NCBI GenBank assembly: GCA_032718475.1
Contig: JAUCBJ010001160.1
Location: forward strand, 1 to 37,513
Source of the DNA: Nemertoderma westbladi
Lineage: Eukaryota; Animalia; Xenacoelomorpha
Length of the DNA stretch: 37,513 nt
Direction of reading: 5' to 3'
The stretch's first letter is position 1. Every line of letters begins with the position of its first letter. Below the pieces are notes generated by a model, which was not told where the DNA came from, did not search any database, and worked only from the letters and a program-made list of their open reading frames with translations. Below, one piece after another: positions 34,209 through 37,513 of the stretch. Made by a program: the position numbers and the translations under genes.

Positions 34209-37200
34209 ACTACTACTGCTACTACTACTAGGATCGGGATGCTGCATTGCAGCTGCATTTTTAAGAATGCTGTGCCGGCTTGTCGACAAAATTGCGCCGC
34301 CACATCTCCCTATCACCCATGACATTTGCTAGATCATCCGCATCTTCAAGGTCAGTGTCCTTTAAGATGCGTCTCAAGAAAGTCATGGGCTGTCCACCAT
34401 GCTTATTCACTCCATGAGGCTGCCAAAGTAGAAGATTATGCACTGGCTGGTCCTCACGGCGGAAGCAATGTTTTGTTCTAGTGTCAAGCTTGGGGGAACC
34501 AATGAGACACCTCCAATGTTATATAGTGTCTGGTTGAAGATGTGTGCATTGTACTTGAAACAATGAACCCAGCGTAGCATCCTTGTGAATGTGCCATCCT
34601 GAGATTTGGTGTCCTCAGCAGTTAGAGCCAAGCATGGACTCCCATAGAGGAGTACTGGAACTACTGCTGCTCTAAATAATCGGACCTTAAGTTTCCGATT
34701 AATTCTCGGGCACTTCCAAATCCTGGAAAGCCTATTCAAGGCAGCCCATGCCTTCCCCTTACGTATTCGAAAGTCCTCACCTGACGTCCGGATCCATGAT
34801 CCCAGGTTACAGAAGTCGTCCACATGCTCAAGCATACCATCTTTTGAGCTTATGCTCATCCGATCAGAGACTTGCTGAGGACTTTCAAAGTTAACTGTCA
34901 AACCTTTGGTCTTTCTGGAGTTTAATTAAATCTATAGGTTAATTTAATAAAAAGACCATCACTAGAAGCAGCATGTTCTAATGAGCTGAGGAGCCGTTGG
35001 TCTCCCTCAAGTGATTCTGGGAGTACTACTACTAGGTCGAGCGAACTCGGACAGTGGAAATGAGATCCTTCCAGGCTTCCCGATTCTCCATAGTTGTCGC
35101 AATTTCGTTTCTCCCAAGTTCAGTATCCCTTTCAAGTAGATCTATATATGTTATGGCAGGTCGTCCACGACTACGCTTTCCATGAGTTGGTTGCCAGAGA
35201 AGTAGATCTGGTATGACCTCGTCTTTACTTCGCCAGCAGTGCCCACTGAATCTTAATCTGCGTTCATGGAGGGTGGTTGATACAGGTGGTATTGTACCAT
35301 AAAGCTCGGCGTTTGTCATGTGTTGTCTCCAGCTGATGTTTAGGGCTGCCCTTAGTAGTCTTGTGTAGCAACCATCAATTCGTTGTTCTAGTGATTTAGT
35401 CAGTGTCCAGGTCTCACCCCCGTATAAAAGTACACTTTCCACTGTGGCTCGAAAAGAATTTAGTCTTCAGGTGCCTGGAGAGATCTGATTTCCAGATGGT
35501 ATCCATTTTTGATAGAGCTACCCAAGCCTTTGCTTTCCTAACTTCTATGTCCTTTTTGCTACTCTCTATCCATGATCCAAGGTACTGGAAGCCGTCGACC
35601 TTCCTTAGTTGATTATTATCAATGGTTGTCAGCAAGTTTCCATCAACATTAAAGGTCATGAATTCGGTCTTTATAGCATTTATATGCAATCCAACCTCCT
35701 TAGCAGCCCTCTCCACTTTATTTAGTAGAAGCTGTGCATCTGCTAGGGTATTAGAGAGCAGGGCGATGTCATCCGCAAAGTCGGTGTTTGAGACTGTAGT
35801 TGCCGGATATCTACTACTTCTGCGTTCTTGAAGTGTGAATCCCAGGTCTTCACCCTTTGTGGCCGTCCTCATAGCGTAATCCAGCACAATTACAAATAGT
35901 AATGGTGCTAATGTGTCACCTTGCAGTACGCCAGCCAGGATTAAGAAAAACTCAGTTTCACCATCTGGGGAGAGTACCTGCGCTTCTGTGTCACAATATA
36001 ACAATCCAATGCCAGCAACAATTACTTCTGGTATTCCATAAGCTCTTAGGATTTCAAGCATTTTACCTCTATGGATGGAGTTGAATGCCTTCTTGAAGTC
36101 CACAAAAGTCATGACTGCGGGGAGATTCTTTGACTTAATTCCTTCAATCAGTCTCCGTAGTGCAAGTATCTGAGCTATTGTTGATCTACTTGGTCGAAAT
36201 CCGTTTTGGCTCTTACGCAGTAGTTTCTCTATGTGAGGCCTAATCCTATATAGAATCATTTTATTGTATATTTTGGCAGCTACCACAAGCAGACAGATCC
36301 CACGATAGTTTGTTGGTATGCTGAGGTCTCCTTTCTTGGGGAGAGGCTTTAGTTGACCTTTAGTCCAAATTGGTGGTGGCTTTTCCCCTTTTAACATCCG
36401 GTTGCAAACATTCAATAATGGTCTATTTAGCTGGGATTTCATCTAATCCACTCGCTTTATTATTGGACATGCTTTTAATGCTTCTTTGGAGTTCGGCAGG
36501 TGTGAAGTCCCCTGTTTCTATAGGTAGTGTCTTGTCATATATTTTCCTTATAGGGCTGACCTCGATGTTTGGTGGCTGCCCAAGCAAGTTGCTGAAGTGA
36601 TTTTTCCACTTCCCAACACGTTCTTCAGGACTATCGGCTTTGAGGCGCCCCTTTGCACAACTTTTCCGACCAGATACCTCATTTACAGTTTGCCAGGTAA
36701 GTCTTGATTGTTGCTGTATGTGAGCAGTTGTAATTGCTTCAGTTTTATCCTGTATGTACTTTTCCTGGCTGATGTTGTAGGCCAATTTAAGATCGTCCTT
36801 GGCTTTCTCAACCTTGTTAATGTTTTCGATTGTTCGGATTTAACTTTGTAGGCTATCTTAAGATCTTCTCTCTTACAAGTAACCTCAGAGTTTTGCCATG
36901 GCACATACTGTTTTCGTTTAGGTTTCTGGGGGATATGCCTCTTAGCTGATTCCTTGTGGGCTGTTATTATATTCTGGTTATCCTAAGTTATCAGCAAAGT
37001 CTAGATCAGTTAGGTACTTGGCAGGATTTCCTCGACTTCTGGAGCCAGTAGGTGGAGTTATCATCATCCCATCATCATTATGATGATCTAAGGACATGCG
37101 TAGAACATAGTCAATCACAATTATGAACAAGAATGGTGCAAGTGTGTCTCCCTGGGGGACGCCCCATAACACTTCAAATGTTCTGTGTCACCGTCAACAG

Positions 37201-37513
37201 TAGACACAAATGTTGTCTAACCATCGTATACTGATCTGATTGCTGCAATAATTTCATCAGGAATCCCATATAATGAAAGTATGCTGAACATACGTGAGCG
37301 AGAAACTGAATCAAAGGCCTTGAAGAAGTCAACAAAGATAACAGCCAGATGCCTGTCTTTCTTTTTTGTTCTATAAAGTTATCAGGCAAATACCCTATCA
37401 TTATTGAGGAGCTTTTCAAAGTGGGCCTTCCAACCATTGAGGTGATCGGCTGGTGACGGGATCCTGTGTTGGCCTCGGGATCCCAACCGTTCGTCTTTGT
37501 GGTCTATTCCCTA
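34209..37513 (-). mobile_element. RTE-group LINE family B, split by a family A insertion and running off the window end
   Basis: 3' part 34209-35022 has a (TAG)n tail, LGSWI and KLKVRLFRAAVVPVLLYG. 5' part 36971-37370 has QGDTLAPFLF and DLDFADNL. 37375-37513 encodes a linker-like WKAHFEKLL after an internal deletion. The two halves are contiguous in the copy at 14540-14620. Confidence 0.88.
35024..36970 (-). mobile_element. 5'-truncated RTE-group LINE (family A) nested in family B
   Basis: ORF pieces 36904-35032: KASGLDEIP, NYRGICLL, LQGDTLAPLLF, DFADDIALL, GKRSRGRP. (TAG)n tail, near-identical to 23726-25054. ATTCTGG is repeated near both junctions (35014-35020, 36971-36977). Confidence 0.95.

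Overview
AT-rich animal genomic DNA with spliceosomal introns. It holds two well-supported genes: a 5-exon TTLL11-like tubulin polyglutamylase (+, 4366-7177, about 566 aa, probably with a GC-AG first intron) and a 5-exon Shaw/Kv3 voltage-gated K+ channel (-, 28203-17118, about 521 aa). A single-exon orphan ORF with a signal peptide and a TM helix lies at 16369-15950 (-). The rest is mostly mobile and repeated DNA: a complete P-superfamily (THAP) transposon (193-3779; 61-bp TIRs, 8-bp TSD, two in-frame TAA stops), MITEs, a tRNA-derived SINE, several RTE-group LINE copies of two families (one nested in the other), a decayed CR1-like LINE, a 3.1-kb G-quadruplex-prone minisatellite and a 2.4-kb 50-bp satellite. 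The most unusual observations are: (1) an intronic, TSD-flanked element in which a minimal hammerhead ribozyme motif sits between the Pol III A and B boxes of a tRNA-like head, with a Penelope-like monomer plus inverted-junction layout, and a second unrelated tRNA-like element with the same layout one intron away; (2) the 50-bp satellite is built from the end of a P-like mini-element plus its TSD and host flank. All calls were made by eye. Family names rest on recalled motifs, and no database searches were run.
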